Below, in pieces: positions 1 through 10,382 of a DNA stretch of 64,000 nucleotides. Source of the stretch: an uncultured virus (IMG/VR IMGVR_UViG_3300038530_001278) (Duplodnaviria > Heunggongvirae > Uroviricota > Caudoviricetes); IMG/VR virus record IMGVR_UViG_3300038530_001278. The stretch is one strand, 5' to 3'. Position 1 is the stretch's first letter; every line of letters begins with the position of its first letter. Below the pieces are notes generated by a model. It saw nothing but the letters and a program-made list of their open reading frames with translations. It was not told the origin of the DNA and did not search any database. The translations under genes and the position numbers were made by a program.

Positions 1-3000
1 CTTTCAGTAGCACCTGAACCAAGTGATGAAATATCTCTTACTCTTACTTTATCCTCATATGCATCTTTTCCATTAGTTGTTGTATTTGTATTTCCCTGTC
101 CTTCTGTTTGACCTGTAGCATAAAAGTCTTGTAGTAATTTTCTGAGTCCGTTTGAATTACTGTACGCTGCATTTACCATGTTATCCAAGTCATCTTCTGT
201 GCTGCTCATAGATCCCGAATCATCAAACCAAATATCTATGTAAGTGTTTTCATCTACTGATAACACTCCTAGATCTACTGTTGCTACACTACTACAAGGA
301 CCTTTACTTGCAGAGTATGTGAATGATCCAGTAGTTGCTGCAGATCCTCCTGCATGTGTAAACTTAATAGATATATTACCATTACTATCTTGAGTTATTG
401 TACTACCGACAACTAAAGACGCATTACTATTATTATTGTCAGTTAAAGTTCCTATAAGATTATTACTACTATCTGTAGGTAATGATGCTAGTTTGTAGAC
501 TATTGGAACACCGGCTACAATAGAACCTTGACTATCATTACTAGTTAGTGCTGTAAGATCTACTGACCCTCCAAACGTTATGCCTGACACACTATCATTA
601 ACAAGTACAGGACAATCTAATACTTTAACTGTTTGTGCTCCTCCTACAACTTCTGCTGCATTATTAATAGTATTAGCACTTCCATCGTCATTTGTTCCAC
701 CATCTCTCGTTACATTAGTAACTGTAGCTATTATAGTTTCGTCAGGAGTTAGTTCTACTACTTGATCTATTGTTAACGTTGCTCCTGTAATTGTAGCTTC
801 TGTGCTTCCTGATGGTATTACAATACTTGTTGCTGGTATGCCATCTTGATTATAAGTACCGCTGTAAGCAACTGTAACAGTAATGTCTCCTTCTTGAGCT
901 TCATCTATGACAGCTTTTAACGTTACTTGTTCTCCTTCAAACTTATTAACTCTAGGTGCTGGTGTAGGCGGTACCCATTCTATATAAAGCTTTGGCTTAC
1001 CTGGACATAATATATTATTAATTACAGGAGCTTGATAAGCTTCATGACTACTTTCATTTGCAACAACATTCATAACATTGCCGTATTGATCTATCTCTTC
1101 TATGTTTTGATAAATAACAAAACCAGTAGAATTACCATCGCTGTCTAATTGACAAACCGGATTAATAGCTCTAAATGTTGTAGGAACTTGTACATCAGTT
1201 ACTAAACTTACGTTTAGTTTCAGGTCTTTTTTAGTTAGTAATAGTCTATTGTTTAATTCATCGAATGCAGTCACATATCCAGATCCTCCTAAATTAAATG
1301 GAGTATCTGTACTTGGAGCTGTAGTATTTTGGAATGATAGATTGTCTCTAAACCATTGTCTTAGTCCAGTAGAAGATATTTCTTGTAATTTATTATTTAC
1401 TAAAAATACTTTACCTTGTTCTTGATCTACAAAACTGTATCCTGCTTTACTAATAAGTACAGAGGATAAGTGCTGCGTACCTGCGTATCCGTTTTCTGAT
1501 GTAATTAATTCTGTAGGAGCAAACTGAAATATATCTCCTGTTCCTAATGTTGCTTGTGCTGTATTTGTAGCTATAACATCTTTAGTTGTTGTTTTGAATA
1601 TTGAATGTTCGTGATGTATAATTAACTCTTTACCTATACCTTCTAAGTTAACTAGATGACCACGATTTTTAACCATCTCATAATAGTCATTTGTTCTGAA
1701 CTCTTTTAAGCTCATTGTTTTATCTTCTTGACCAAATGATTGGCTACGTATAATTCTGTAAGGAAACTTGCCTAAGAATAAGTCTCTGTTGTCGTAAGCA
1801 GTAACTACATTATAGTTATTTAACGAACTATAATCTTGATTGTACGTAGTAGTATTTGTATTCTCTATATCAGTGGATCTGCCTCTGTAATTATGTAAAG
1901 CTTGTTTTTTCTGATCTAATTTACTATTTATAGTAGTTGTTTCTCCCGAATTACTAAGTGATCCCACACCGCATCTAGGATAGTAACTATCTTTAAATAC
2001 TTCAGTTGCAGCATGTCGTAATGCTACGTTAGCTGCAGTATAAACAGGAAAATAGAATATATTTTTTACAGCATGTAGTTTATTAGAAGAAGACCAGATT
2101 TCTGCATCTTTACCTTTAGAGTAATACGCAGGTCCTGTTAATCTAATACCATACATTCCTGTAAATGTGTCTCCTCCATATATAGGACCTGTAGATTTTG
2201 TTATAGATTGGTTTACATCTATTTCTAGTTTTTCTGAAGCTGTAAGTTTAAAGTAATTTTTAGTTGCTATAAATCTTTGATCATAGAAACTATTATATAA
2301 ATTAGTTTTGTAAGATTTAAGATCTACTAAGTTATATTTAGGACCTTGTATTTGATCTACAACTTGGTTACCATTATCTAATTCATAATTTGATTTTATT
2401 CTTCTCCATCCCATTGGTTCACTGTAAGTTGTAACACCGTTACTTACACTGCTATTAAGAAAACCTGTATGATGATTTATCTCACTATACTTAGTTTCAT
2501 TATCGTAATGTACAATAGTAGCATGTAAACACTCTTCAGAATAAGTATTGTTTACAGTGACACTTTTTTTAGTTACAACTGTATCTCCAGGAACATATCC
2601 TATATCTTGTAATTGTCTTACTTTATAATAATGATTTGAAGCTAGACTAAAACTAGGATTTCTTTGTGCTGTAGTAGATGTGCTATATCTATTCCATATT
2701 TGATTATATCCTGCTTGTAATAAAGTATCTACCGTATTGTTTTTTCCTGTAGTGGTAGAGTTTAAAAAGTATACTGTACCATCAGCACCGGCTGCTGTAT
2801 CTGCAGTGTTTGCACCTGGGTTTAACTGATTAGCTTGTGTAATAGTATTCACTCTAACATCTGTATACTCACAAGATCCAAGCTCTGATACTCTTTTAAT
2901 GTAAGCACTTTGTATAGTAGGTTTAAAGTTTAAAGCATTAAAACCATGAAATCTAAATGAAGATGGATTTATTTTATGCTGCTTACTAAAATCGTTTGCA

Positions 3001-6000
3001 TCCATTGTAAGACCATCTTGCTCCCATTCGTCTGTTGTATATCCAGATCCTGTATCTCCATACTCATTAGAGCTTGTTAGTCTTAAGTTACCCATAGGTA
3101 TTAAATGCCCTGCATATGAACTTTCTTCATCAGGATATAATGCATGAGGTGCACCATGGAATGCAATAGACTGATCAAACGTCTGTGTATTTTTAGCATC
3201 TCTTTCCGCATAGAAGAATTGATATCCTTGTATGTCTTTTGCTAGTTCTCTAGGTATTTCTATATTATTAAATCTAATTCCTAGAACAGCTGTATACATA
3301 GAATAGGGACTGTAGTTAGGAGTAGGTATAGTATATTGATAAGTTAGAAACTGTAGATCATATTCATAAGCAATTCTTGTTGGTGTATTAGCATCGGTAT
3401 GAGAAACAGCACTTAAACCACTGACTGTAGTTTCATGATAAAATTGAAGTATATCACCAGTATTAAGACTAATAGCAACAAACAAATCTGGTCTAAATAC
3501 ATTTTCTATATCTTCTGTTAAGAAGTTTCCTCCTAATGTAGATGTACTAACTTTATCTCCACTTGCTTTTAGTGTGCCTGTATTTGTTTCTGTATTTTTA
3601 AATACGTCTGTTCTTTCCCAAGTATTTTGATCATCTGGATCTCCTCTTCTTAATTTTCTTATACCAGATATTACAATTTGTTTTGCTTTCTTCTCATCAC
3701 CAGCAGTATATGATGACTCTACTAAACATCCAAACTTACCGCTAATAAATAATGTATGAGGACCAACAGCTTCGTAAGTATAGTTATTATTACTAAAGAA
3801 CCCATCTGGGGTATTACCTGTTTTAGTAGTAGCAAATTGAGAGCTGCTAGTTAGTGGAGATTGTGCAACTGCATTTGCTAATCCAGGAGATCCTGTATGA
3901 AAAGACTCAAATGTTATAGGAGCTAGTGTACTACTACTAACTATAGAAGGAGCACCAGCATAATTATTTTGCTTTACCTGTGCATTACCTATAGCTCCAT
4001 AAGGCTGTGAGGTAATAAAACTAGGTTGTAGATAATTACCTAGAGAAGCAGAGAAGTTATACTCAACGTCTTTTCTAATTGTTTTTATACCATTACCATT
4101 AAGAGTAGAATCACTTACTTGATTACTAGTACTAGACCACCAGTTAGGTATAACTGTAAAATTACCTACACCTGTGTCACCTGATCCTTTTATTATATCT
4201 AAATGTTGTAAGTTCCATTCATAGTAGTTAAAAGGTCCTCTTGCTCTAGAGCATTTTGCATTTTTCTTTTCTCCCCATCTACGTGCATACGCTTGTGTTT
4301 TTGGTGTTCCAGGACCACATATTCTTCCATTTCTACAATATCTGTGATACCAATGACCCATAAATATTTGACTACCATAGTATTGAGTATCTCCTCCATC
4401 TATATAGTAATAAGATTGTTCTGTTCTCATTGGAAGCTCATAGATATCTTTTTCGAATCCACATCTATCTTTATTCATTTTAGTTCCTTCGTACTCATAG
4501 TCTAATCCATCTGCTAGTCTATCTGTATTTCTTGGAGTTAACATGTTAGGATATAAGTCATTTATTGCATTAGTACCATCTACGATATTTTCAGGAGGTA
4601 TAACACTGTGTTGCCAGTCTCCTCTTCTTTGATCTCCAGTTATTTGTATTGTAGCATCTGTTAGGTAATGAGAAAAAGCCCCGTCAGTTTCAGTAAAATC
4701 TCTAGGATCTAAACTTTGTGCTAAGAAGTAATATCCAGGTGCTGCTTGACCGTTACCTGATGGTACATATAAATATAAGTGATGATATACTCTTTGTCTA
4801 TTATATAACTGATTATGACCAGTATTACGACTTAAATCATTATGTCCTTGACTCATAAATGTTTCTTCGTCTCCTACTTGACTAGGACGTAGATCCATCA
4901 TACAACTATCCATATATGCTATTACAACAAGATGTCCTGTTCCTGTTCCTCCTGGTGCTATAGCGTTGCCGTTTGCGTCTTGTGCAACAAAAGTTGTATT
5001 TAGTCCATTCATTGCTTCATACCCAGGAAACTTATGGTGTCTTACAGGTTTACCTGCACTAGAACCAAAAGTATTTTCATCTCCAGGATATAATTCTGTT
5101 TCATTACGCCAATACCCCATTTTACCATCTATTCCTGCGGTTTCTCTAGTTTGGAACCATCTTGCATTTTTACTTATTCCTAGATCATGTTGGAAAATAT
5201 CCTGATATTGTATTCTGTCTGTAGGCGTAATTGTTCCTTCTGTTACATCTCCAATAACTACGTCTTTTAATTTTATATCTTCTGATATAGTGATAGGACT
5301 TAAATAGTTACCTTCAGCATCTTCTAATGAAACTGTTACAGTGTCTTTATCTCTTCCTGGTATATGATAAGCACCTGACCAAGTACCATCATTATATAAA
5401 AATGCAATATAGAATGCATAAACTTCGTCCGGTCTAAACCCACGTTTATTATATATCATCAACTCATCTTTGTAAGATCCTCTTACAGAGTTAACATCTA
5501 TATAATCCCTAGTCCATGTAGCTTGAATATTCATAGCATATGGCTGGTAATTAAAATCTTCGTGAGATGTAAGATTACCTAGAAAAAGTTTACTATCAAA
5601 GTATGTAATTGTTTTAGCGGTAGAATAAGTTTCATTACCTATGCTAATATCTTCTAATAAAAGATCAGTGGTTGTTTCTCTACCTGAATAAGTAATGCTA
5701 AATCCAACATCATCATCAGCAGCATCTGGAGTGTTAACATCAGCAGCATTGCTAACTGTAATATCATCATCTGAAGCTTGGTCTATATCTAGTATGGATT
5801 GTATTTCTATTTTTTGTACTAGTTCACTGGTTGTGTTACCACCAATTTTTTTATATACTGCAAATAATAAATACTTATATCTTCTATCTATGTTAGATAC
5901 TTTAAATCTTATAGACTTAGAACTTGTAGTACCGGGCTCAGCTCCATCATACATAGAAACTAAATCAAAGTTATTTTGCATGTCTTTTCTATAAGATCCT

Positions 6001-6968
6001 GTTAGTTCTAATGTAGAGTCAGTAACCATTATAGGACCGTCTAAAGGAGTAAAGTTAGTTCTACTTCCATCTTCTAACTCATATGCAAATGATAGAAAGT
6101 AGGCACCTGTTTTTAAAGCTCCTCCGTTGTCTACTACTTCTTTATAAGATACAACAGGTCTTTTGTACTCTGGAAATATATAACTTAAAACTATCTTACT
6201 TTCATCTATGAGTTTTTTGTTAGCATCAACCTCAAAAGGTAACTTATCTATATTAAGTATTTTAGGAGGTGTTTTTTCATCAGTAAATGCAATGATTATT
6301 TCTTTGTTAAAATTTAGTACAAAGACGCCTTTCATAAAAGTGTCAGATCTAAACTTTAAACTATCGGATTTTAGAATAGTAGTATATGTTCCATCCTTAG
6401 TTAGTCTTCCTATTTCAGACTCGTAAGATATATTAGTAACAGAACTTTGTTGTATAAAAGCAACAGTAAGATTAGATGCAACATTATTACTATTAGTAGA
6501 AGGAGGAACACTAAATGTAAATGTTAAGTTATTAGCAGGAATAGAATCAGTCTGAGTAATAAACGATGCTCCGTTAACAAGAAAGTCATGACTAGATATA
6601 CTTGTGTCTTCTGCAATTGTATCAGTTATAGATACAGTATCTGTTTTAGCTACGCCTGCACTGTCTGTATATCCAATACTTAACGTACCGGACATAGTAT
6701 TAGGAAATGTAACTTTTATTTTACATAGGTTAGTAACCGTAGTTTGAGTAGCGTCATCGTCATCTCTAGAGAATATAATGATCTCATCATTTATAATAGG
6801 TATAGATCCTACTATTTTTTTGTTTAGAGTATGTATTCTATCAAATCCTAATTCGTTAACAAGAGCTCCTTGCACTTTATTAATGATCATATTTCTAGCA
6901 TTAGGGTATGTACCCATAAGCTGATCTATAGGATCAGTGTCTTTATATAGCCCTTTACTAAGTTTCAT
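1..6968 (-). CDS. crAss-like tail stabilisation (muzzle) protein, >2300 aa, 3'-truncated at the window edge, with Ig-like and VWA insertions
   Basis: Absent from the ORF track because no stop lies inside the window. The ATG at 6968 overlaps the upstream TAA (TAATG). It begins MKLSKGLYKDTDPIDQLMGTYPNARN and contains muzzle-type motifs KRGFRPDEVYAFYIAF, GKPVRHHKFPG, IYGGDTF, GYAGTQH and NNRLLLTKKD. It lies directly after the tail tubular gene. Confidence 0.85.
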   Translation of the reverse strand, partial: MKLSKGLYKDTDPIDQLMGTYPNARNMIINKVQGALVNELGFDRIHTLNKKIVGSIPIINDEIIIFSRDDDDATQTTVTNLCKIKVTFPNTMSGTLSIGYTDSAGVAKTDTVSITDTIAEDTSISSHDFLVNGASFITQTDSIPANNLTFTFSVPPSTNSNNVASNLTVAFIQQSSVTNISYESEIGRLTKDGTYTTILKSDSLKFRSDTFMKGVFVLNFNKEIIIAFTDEKTPPKILNIDKLPFEVDANKKLIDESKIVLSYIFPEYKRPVVSYKEVVDNGGALKTGAYFLSFAYELEDGSRTNFTPLDGPIMVTDSTLELTGSYRKDMQNNFDLVSMYDGAEPGTTSSKSIRFKVSNIDRRYKYLLFAVYKKIGGNTTSELVQKIEIQSILDIDQASDDDITVSNAADVNTPDAADDDVGFSITYSGRETTTDLLLEDISIGNETYSTAKTITYFDSKLFLGNLTSHEDFNYQPYAMNIQATWTRDYIDVNSVRGSYKDELMIYNKRGFRPDEVYAFYIAFLYNDGTWSGAYHIPGRDKDTVTVSLEDAEGNYLSPITISEDIKLKDVVIGDVTEGTITPTDRIQYQDIFQHDLGISKNARWFQTRETAGIDGKMGYWRNETELYPGDENTFGSSAGKPVRHHKFPGYEAMNGLNTTFVAQDANGNAIAPGGTGTGHLVVIAYMDSCMMDLRPSQVGDEETFMSQGHNDLSRNTGHNQLYNRQRVYHHLYLYVPSGNGQAAPGYYFLAQSLDPRDFTETDGAFSHYLTDATIQITGDQRRGDWQHSVIPPENIVDGTNAINDLYPNMLTPRNTDRLADGLDYEYEGTKMNKDRCGFEKDIYELPMRTEQSYYYIDGGDTQYYGSQIFMGHWYHRYCRNGRICGPGTPKTQAYARRWGEKKNAKCSRARGPFNYYEWNLQHLDIIKGSGDTGVGNFTVIPNWWSSTSNQVSDSTLNGNGIKTIRKDVEYNFSASLGNYLQPSFITSQPYGAIGNAQVKQNNYAGAPSIVSSSTLAPITFESFHTGSPGLANAVAQSPLTSSSQFATTKTGNTPDGFFSNNNYTYEAVGPHTLFISGKFGCLVESSYTAGDEKKAKQIVISGIRKLRRGDPDDQNTWERTDVFKNTETNTGTLKASGDKVSTSTLGGNFLTEDIENVFRPDLFVAISLNTGDILQFYHETTVSGLSAVSHTDANTPTRIAYEYDLQFLTYQYTIPTPNYSPYSMYTAVLGIRFNNIEIPRELAKDIQGYQFFYAERDAKNTQTFDQSIAFHGAPHALYPDEESSYAGHLIPMGNLRLTSSNEYGDTGSGYTTDEWEQDGLTMDANDFSKQHKINPSSFRFHGFNALNFKPTIQSAYIKRVSELGSCEYTDVRVNTITQANQLNPGANTADTAAGADGTVYFLNSTTTGKNNTVDTLLQAGYNQIWNRYSTSTTAQRNPSFSLASNHYYKVRQLQDIGYVPGDTVVTKKSVTVNNTYSEECLHATIVHYDNETKYSEINHHTGFLNSSVSNGVTTYSEPMGWRRIKSNYELDNGNQVVDQIQGPKYNLVDLKSYKTNLYNSFYDQRFIATKNYFKLTASEKLEIDVNQSITKSTGPIYGGDTFTGMYGIRLTGPAYYSKGKDAEIWSSSNKLHAVKNIFYFPVYTAANVALRHAATEVFKDSYYPRCGVGSLSNSGETTTINSKLDQKKQALHNYRGRSTDIENTNTTTYNQDYSSLNNYNVVTAYDNRDLFLGKFPYRIIRSQSFGQEDKTMSLKEFRTNDYYEMVKNRGHLVNLEGIGKELIIHHEHSIFKTTTKDVIATNTAQATLGTGDIFQFAPTELITSENGYAGTQHLSSVLISKAGYSFVDQEQGKVFLVNNKLQEISSTGLRQWFRDNLSFQNTTAPSTDTPFNLGGSGYVTAFDELNNRLLLTKKDLKLNVSLVTDVQVPTTFRAINPVCQLDSDGNSTGFVIYQNIEEIDQYGNVMNVVANESSHEAYQAPVINNILCPGKPKLYIEWVPPTPAPRVNKFEGEQVTLKAVIDEAQEGDITVTVAYSGTYNQDGIPATSIVIPSGSTEATITGATLTIDQVVELTPDETIIATVTNVTRDGGTNDDGSANTINNAAEVVGGAQTVKVLDCPVLVNDSVSGITFGGSVDLTALTSNDSQGSIVAGVPIVYKLASLPTDSSNNLIGTLTDNNNSNASLVVGSTITQDSNGNISIKFTHAGGSAATTGSFTYSASKGPCSSVATVDLGVLSVDENTYIDIWFDDSGSMSSTEDDLDNMVNAAYSNSNGLRKLLQDFYATGQTEGQGNTNTTTNGKDAYEDKVRVRDISSLGSGATE

Positions 6969-7762
6969 TATTTAAGTATTTGTTCTTGTGTTTGTGATGC
7001 CATAAAGAAATCCCTATGATGATTAATACTAGGAATTAATCTACACCACATGTTTTTAAATGCTTCTACTTTATCTATTGATGGATAAGCTAGATCATTA
7101 CCTGCACTAACACAATACTGACCCCATTTAGCATCAGCAAACTGCCAATTGAACTCTGGGTGTTTAAATCCACCCATTAACATTTGTCTGAGTATATACC
7201 ATTCTAATGCTTGTTTTACATAAACATTATCTGGTACCATAGGATATCCATCTGAATCTGTAGGATATGCACTATAGTGTATTTTTAGTTTACCTGAATC
7301 AAAGTTAGTTTGTATAGCTCCATTGTTTATAAGATAATAATCTCCACCATACGGACTGTTTTGTGTTTTGCGTAAGGTTAGATTACTTTGATTATTACTT
7401 GTATTGTTTACATCTGTTGTATATGCAGACGTAAATGTAGAGCTATCTGTACCGTTAGGTGTCATATTTGTTGTTCTAGCAGCGTTAGGTAGATCGTATC
7501 CAGCTGTATCGCCACCATATGCTAAGGCAGATCCGTTGTATTCTACTTGTATAATCCATAAAAGATCTGCAGGAAGAATAGCTTTATGACTTGATATTGT
7601 CAGTTCTGTTGCTTTTCTTTCTGTTGTAGATACGTGTCCTATAAACTCAAGAGCTTCACCTATCCACTCCATAGCATCTAGAACCCAACCTTCATCATTG
7701 ATTCTTAGGTCTCTAAATATTTTAGAGATTACTTGTTTCGCACTTACATGTTTATAATTCAT
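6968..7762 (-). CDS. Tail tubular / ring protein (crAss Ttub-like)
   Basis: 264 aa with EWIGEALEFIG, AILPADL and YSAYPTDSDGYPMVPDN motifs; conserved position between the IHF-like gene and the muzzle gene. Confidence 0.8.
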   Translation of the reverse strand: MNYKHVSAKQVISKIFRDLRINDEGWVLDAMEWIGEALEFIGHVSTTERKATELTISSHKAILPADLLWIIQVEYNGSALAYGGDTAGYDLPNAARTTNMTPNGTDSSTFTSAYTTDVNNTSNNQSNLTLRKTQNSPYGGDYYLINNGAIQTNFDSGKLKIHYSAYPTDSDGYPMVPDNVYVKQALEWYILRQMLMGGFKHPEFNWQFADAKWGQYCVSAGNDLAYPSIDKVEAFKNMWCRLIPSINHHRDFFMASQTQEQILK

Positions 7763-8220
7763 TTTTTTACATAATTTAAGAATGCAAATTCATCCTGGTT
7801 TAACTTATTTGATAGTGCACGTTTTATCCCATTAGGTCCGCTAGTAGGAGAAAACTTATATACACTCTTATTAGGTACTTGACATTTTGCTTTTGTCCAA
7901 TACCAACGAAACCAATGATCATCAGTATAGTATACTACTTTATCTATTCCTTGTTCTTTGAGCTTCTTTGTTTCAAAGTAATTTACACTTTTCTTATCAA
8001 AGTTTCTTTCTATTCTACGTATACTTATCGTACCTAATCTATGTCCCATATAAAACTCTTTACCCTCTAATACTTTGTTAACAATCTTTTTGTTAAACTT
8101 TGATATTATATACTTAAACAGTGTATATGTTACATCTGTATCTGGGTTCTTTTTTACAAAGAACTTATACATATCTTTTGCTCCATATCTATTCATCTGG
8201 TTGTACTTCTTCGTTATCAT
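7759..8220 (-). CDS. crAss-type IHF/HU-like DNA-binding protein
   Basis: Basic 153 aa protein (GKEFYMGHRLGTISIRR, YYTDDHWFRWYW, YKFSP); synteny with the tail genes. Confidence 0.7.
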   Translation of the reverse strand: MITKKYNQMNRYGAKDMYKFFVKKNPDTDVTYTLFKYIISKFNKKIVNKVLEGKEFYMGHRLGTISIRRIERNFDKKSVNYFETKKLKEQGIDKVVYYTDDHWFRWYWTKAKCQVPNKSVYKFSPTSGPNGIKRALSNKLNQDEFAFLNYVKK

Positions 8221-9205
8221 TTACTGGATTTTCTACTCTATACTCACCAGATAATATAGACTGTGTTATCTGTTGTACCATATCCATAGTACACGGAAAC
8301 TCCATATCATCATTATAACATGGTTCTCCTAAATACGTAAATCCTCTAAGAGAGTCTACGTCTTCAAATATTGCTCTAACAAAAAGTTTAGGCAATACAT
8401 AATTAGATCCTAAGATAGAATCTGAAGTTGGTATATTTAGTGTGTATATTCTATTATTTTGATGAAAGTACTTAGGAACCTTTGATGTGTACTTGGTAAA
8501 TGAAGAATAGTTTTGATTGCCTGGTGTTATAGGAATCAATGGTATTTTACTTACAGTTTTTTGACTTGGATCAATATCTCCAGTAGGTCTTAACGTAATT
8601 ATAACATCTACAGTACCACCTATAGTAGCTTTTGGTATTGTTAAAGTATCTAATGCTGCATAGCCCGATCCTGCTGTAGTAACAGTAATAGCAGATACTG
8701 TATTACCACTAACTGTTACACTTATTACAGCTCCTGTTCCTGATCCACTAGTTGTAATAGAAGAAGCAACATATATACCATCAGTACCATCTGTTGTATT
8801 TGTAGTAATAGATCCTAGTAATTCATCTTCAGTTGTAGATAATGCACCGGTATAATTATTTTGAAAGTAAGCTACCTCAAAAAAAGGCACTCCTCTTTTT
8901 AATCTTACTGGTTCTGGTAACTGAAAGTCTGATTTATGTAGAGCTTGATCATTTATTGTAGTGGTAGGATCTATATCTCCTCCTGTTAAAACAGTTGCGT
9001 TTGCACTCGTAAGTGTTACAGGTGATATTGGAACTTCTATAGTCTGTATAAATGCGTCAGGTAGATAGGTGTTTCTTTCTTGATCTCTCCTTATAAGTAA
9101 TGCACGGTAATACTTTATTTGAAACTTTAAACGTTCTATGTATGCCGCATTAGTACCTCTGCCGGAGGCATCAGCTATATTGTATGCGATTTCGTTTAAA
9201 GTCAT
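8189..9205 (-). CDS. Tail ring protein with an internal Thr/Gly/Ser-rich beta insertion
   Basis: MTLNEIAYNI...IKYYRALLIRRD N-terminus and VRAIFED...EFPCTMDM C-terminus are typical of crAss ring proteins. Confidence 0.7.
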   Translation of the reverse strand: MTLNEIAYNIADASGRGTNAAYIERLKFQIKYYRALLIRRDQERNTYLPDAFIQTIEVPISPVTLTSANATVLTGGDIDPTTTINDQALHKSDFQLPEPVRLKRGVPFFEVAYFQNNYTGALSTTEDELLGSITTNTTDGTDGIYVASSITTSGSGTGAVISVTVSGNTVSAITVTTAGSGYAALDTLTIPKATIGGTVDVIITLRPTGDIDPSQKTVSKIPLIPITPGNQNYSSFTKYTSKVPKYFHQNNRIYTLNIPTSDSILGSNYVLPKLFVRAIFEDVDSLRGFTYLGEPCYNDDMEFPCTMDMVQQITQSILSGEYRVENPVNDNEEVQPDE

Positions 9206-9216
9206 TTCTTATTGTT

Positions 9217-9675
9217 TTATATTACCATATATCTTGTTTTGTTGTTTTCTTTATAAGCTTTTAAACATCTATTTCTGTTTTTTTCTGGTGAGACATAACT
9301 CACATGTACCCAAGCAGGATTATCATCCGAACCAAATTCCCAGATCATTTGATCATAGTCTAGGTTTTTTCTTATCCAATTAAACATTTCAGCATTTGTT
9401 TTATGTCCAAACGTATCATCTAGGTCCATTGCTAATCCCAGACAATGCTGCGATTTGCTACTTCCCCCAATAGCACGGTTCAAATCAGGACTTCTGAAGA
9501 AACTATTTATTTTTATAGGTCCTCCAACAAACTCTCTTAGTGGCTGAAATATCTTATCTGCCACGAGCTTCATGTTATCTATTTGTTTTTGATCAGGTAG
9601 GTTGTCTATTCCTAGTCTAGTTGCCGTATTACTTTTTATAGCTTCGTTGTAGCTAACATTTTTACTTATTTGCAT
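9217..9675 (-). CDS. Peptidase M15 family endolysin
   Basis: INSFFRSPDLNRAIGGSSKSQHCLGLAMD (SxHxxxxAxD) and WVHVSY zinc-peptidase motifs. Confidence 0.9.
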   Translation of the reverse strand: MQISKNVSYNEAIKSNTATRLGIDNLPDQKQIDNMKLVADKIFQPLREFVGGPIKINSFFRSPDLNRAIGGSSKSQHCLGLAMDLDDTFGHKTNAEMFNWIRKNLDYDQMIWEFGSDDNPAWVHVSYVSPEKNRNRCLKAYKENNKTRYMVI

Positions 9676-9964
9676 TTGGACTTTCTGTTATGATGCCGGT
9701 ATTTTTATCTATAGATACTTCACCATACTTCTCTTGTAGCCCATCCACATTAGTTTTATTTTCTGCTAACAACGCTTCGTATTGCTGTTTAATTTGATCT
9801 TTTCTTTTTTCAACATCTAGGTTCATTAAAAAAACACCACCTGCTGCAAACTGCAAGTTTTGCATTTTCTGCTCAAACTCTTGAATTGTTTTTAATTCGT
9901 CTTCAGTAATCTTCTTTGGTTCATCTGTGATTACTACGTCTTTTAAATTATCTTCTTTTGCCAT
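9662..9964 (-). CDS. Small coiled-coil protein, tail-fibre associated
   Basis: 100 aa helical protein ending LQEKYGEVSIDKNTGII, a type often found downstream of aquatic phage tail fibres. Confidence 0.55.
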   Translation of the reverse strand: MAKEDNLKDVVITDEPKKITEDELKTIQEFEQKMQNLQFAAGGVFLMNLDVEKRKDQIKQQYEALLAENKTNVDGLQEKYGEVSIDKNTGIITESPNANK

Positions 9965-9984
9965 TTTATTAAATTAAGTTAAAG

Positions 9985-10320
9985 TTATTCCGTTTCTGCC
10001 CAGGGTAATGCATCTACCTCTACATTCTTAGGAGTTAGTTTTTCAGAAATATCTTTTTCAATTATTTCCTGCATATGATCCACTGGGTGATTAGCTTGAG
10101 CCCACGCTAGTACATCAGATTCTTTTAAATCTGCAAACGCAATGAAGTCGTCTTTGTCAGGACTTCCTGCAGGACATGCTCCATAAAATGTTGCTGACTC
10201 ACTAGAGTCTTCATCAGTACCTGTGTACTCAAAGTTAATATGTGTAATCACATCTGACAACCCGTCTAGCGATGGTGCTTTCTTTAAAGCCGTGATTTTC
10301 CATTCGTATTTTATAGCCAT
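9985..10320 (-). CDS. Tail-fibre-associated small acidic protein (possible assembly factor)
   Basis: 111 aa, YEWKI...FIAFADLKESDVLAW...LPW pattern; directly downstream of the S74 tail fibre. Confidence 0.6.
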   Translation of the reverse strand: MAIKYEWKITALKKAPSLDGLSDVITHINFEYTGTDEDSSESATFYGACPAGSPDKDDFIAFADLKESDVLAWAQANHPVDHMQEIIEKDISEKLTPKNVEVDALPWAETE

Positions 10321-10350
10321 AATATTAAATTTTTAAATTAATGTATTATA

Positions 10351-10358
10351 CAAATATA
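10351..10358 (-). promoter_or_regulatory. Bacteroidetes sigma-A type -7 promoter box (TATATTTG)
   Basis: Exact TAnnTTTG match about 30 nt upstream of the 10320 ATG. Confidence 0.5.
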
Positions 10359-10382
10359 CAAATATTGGGTACATATCCCAAT

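Noticed and set aside
580..6426. Short ORFs listed within 1-6968, and an apparent 7-kb non-coding region
   Set aside because: They are antisense or out-of-frame shadows of one long minus-strand muzzle ORF that lacks a stop inside the window.
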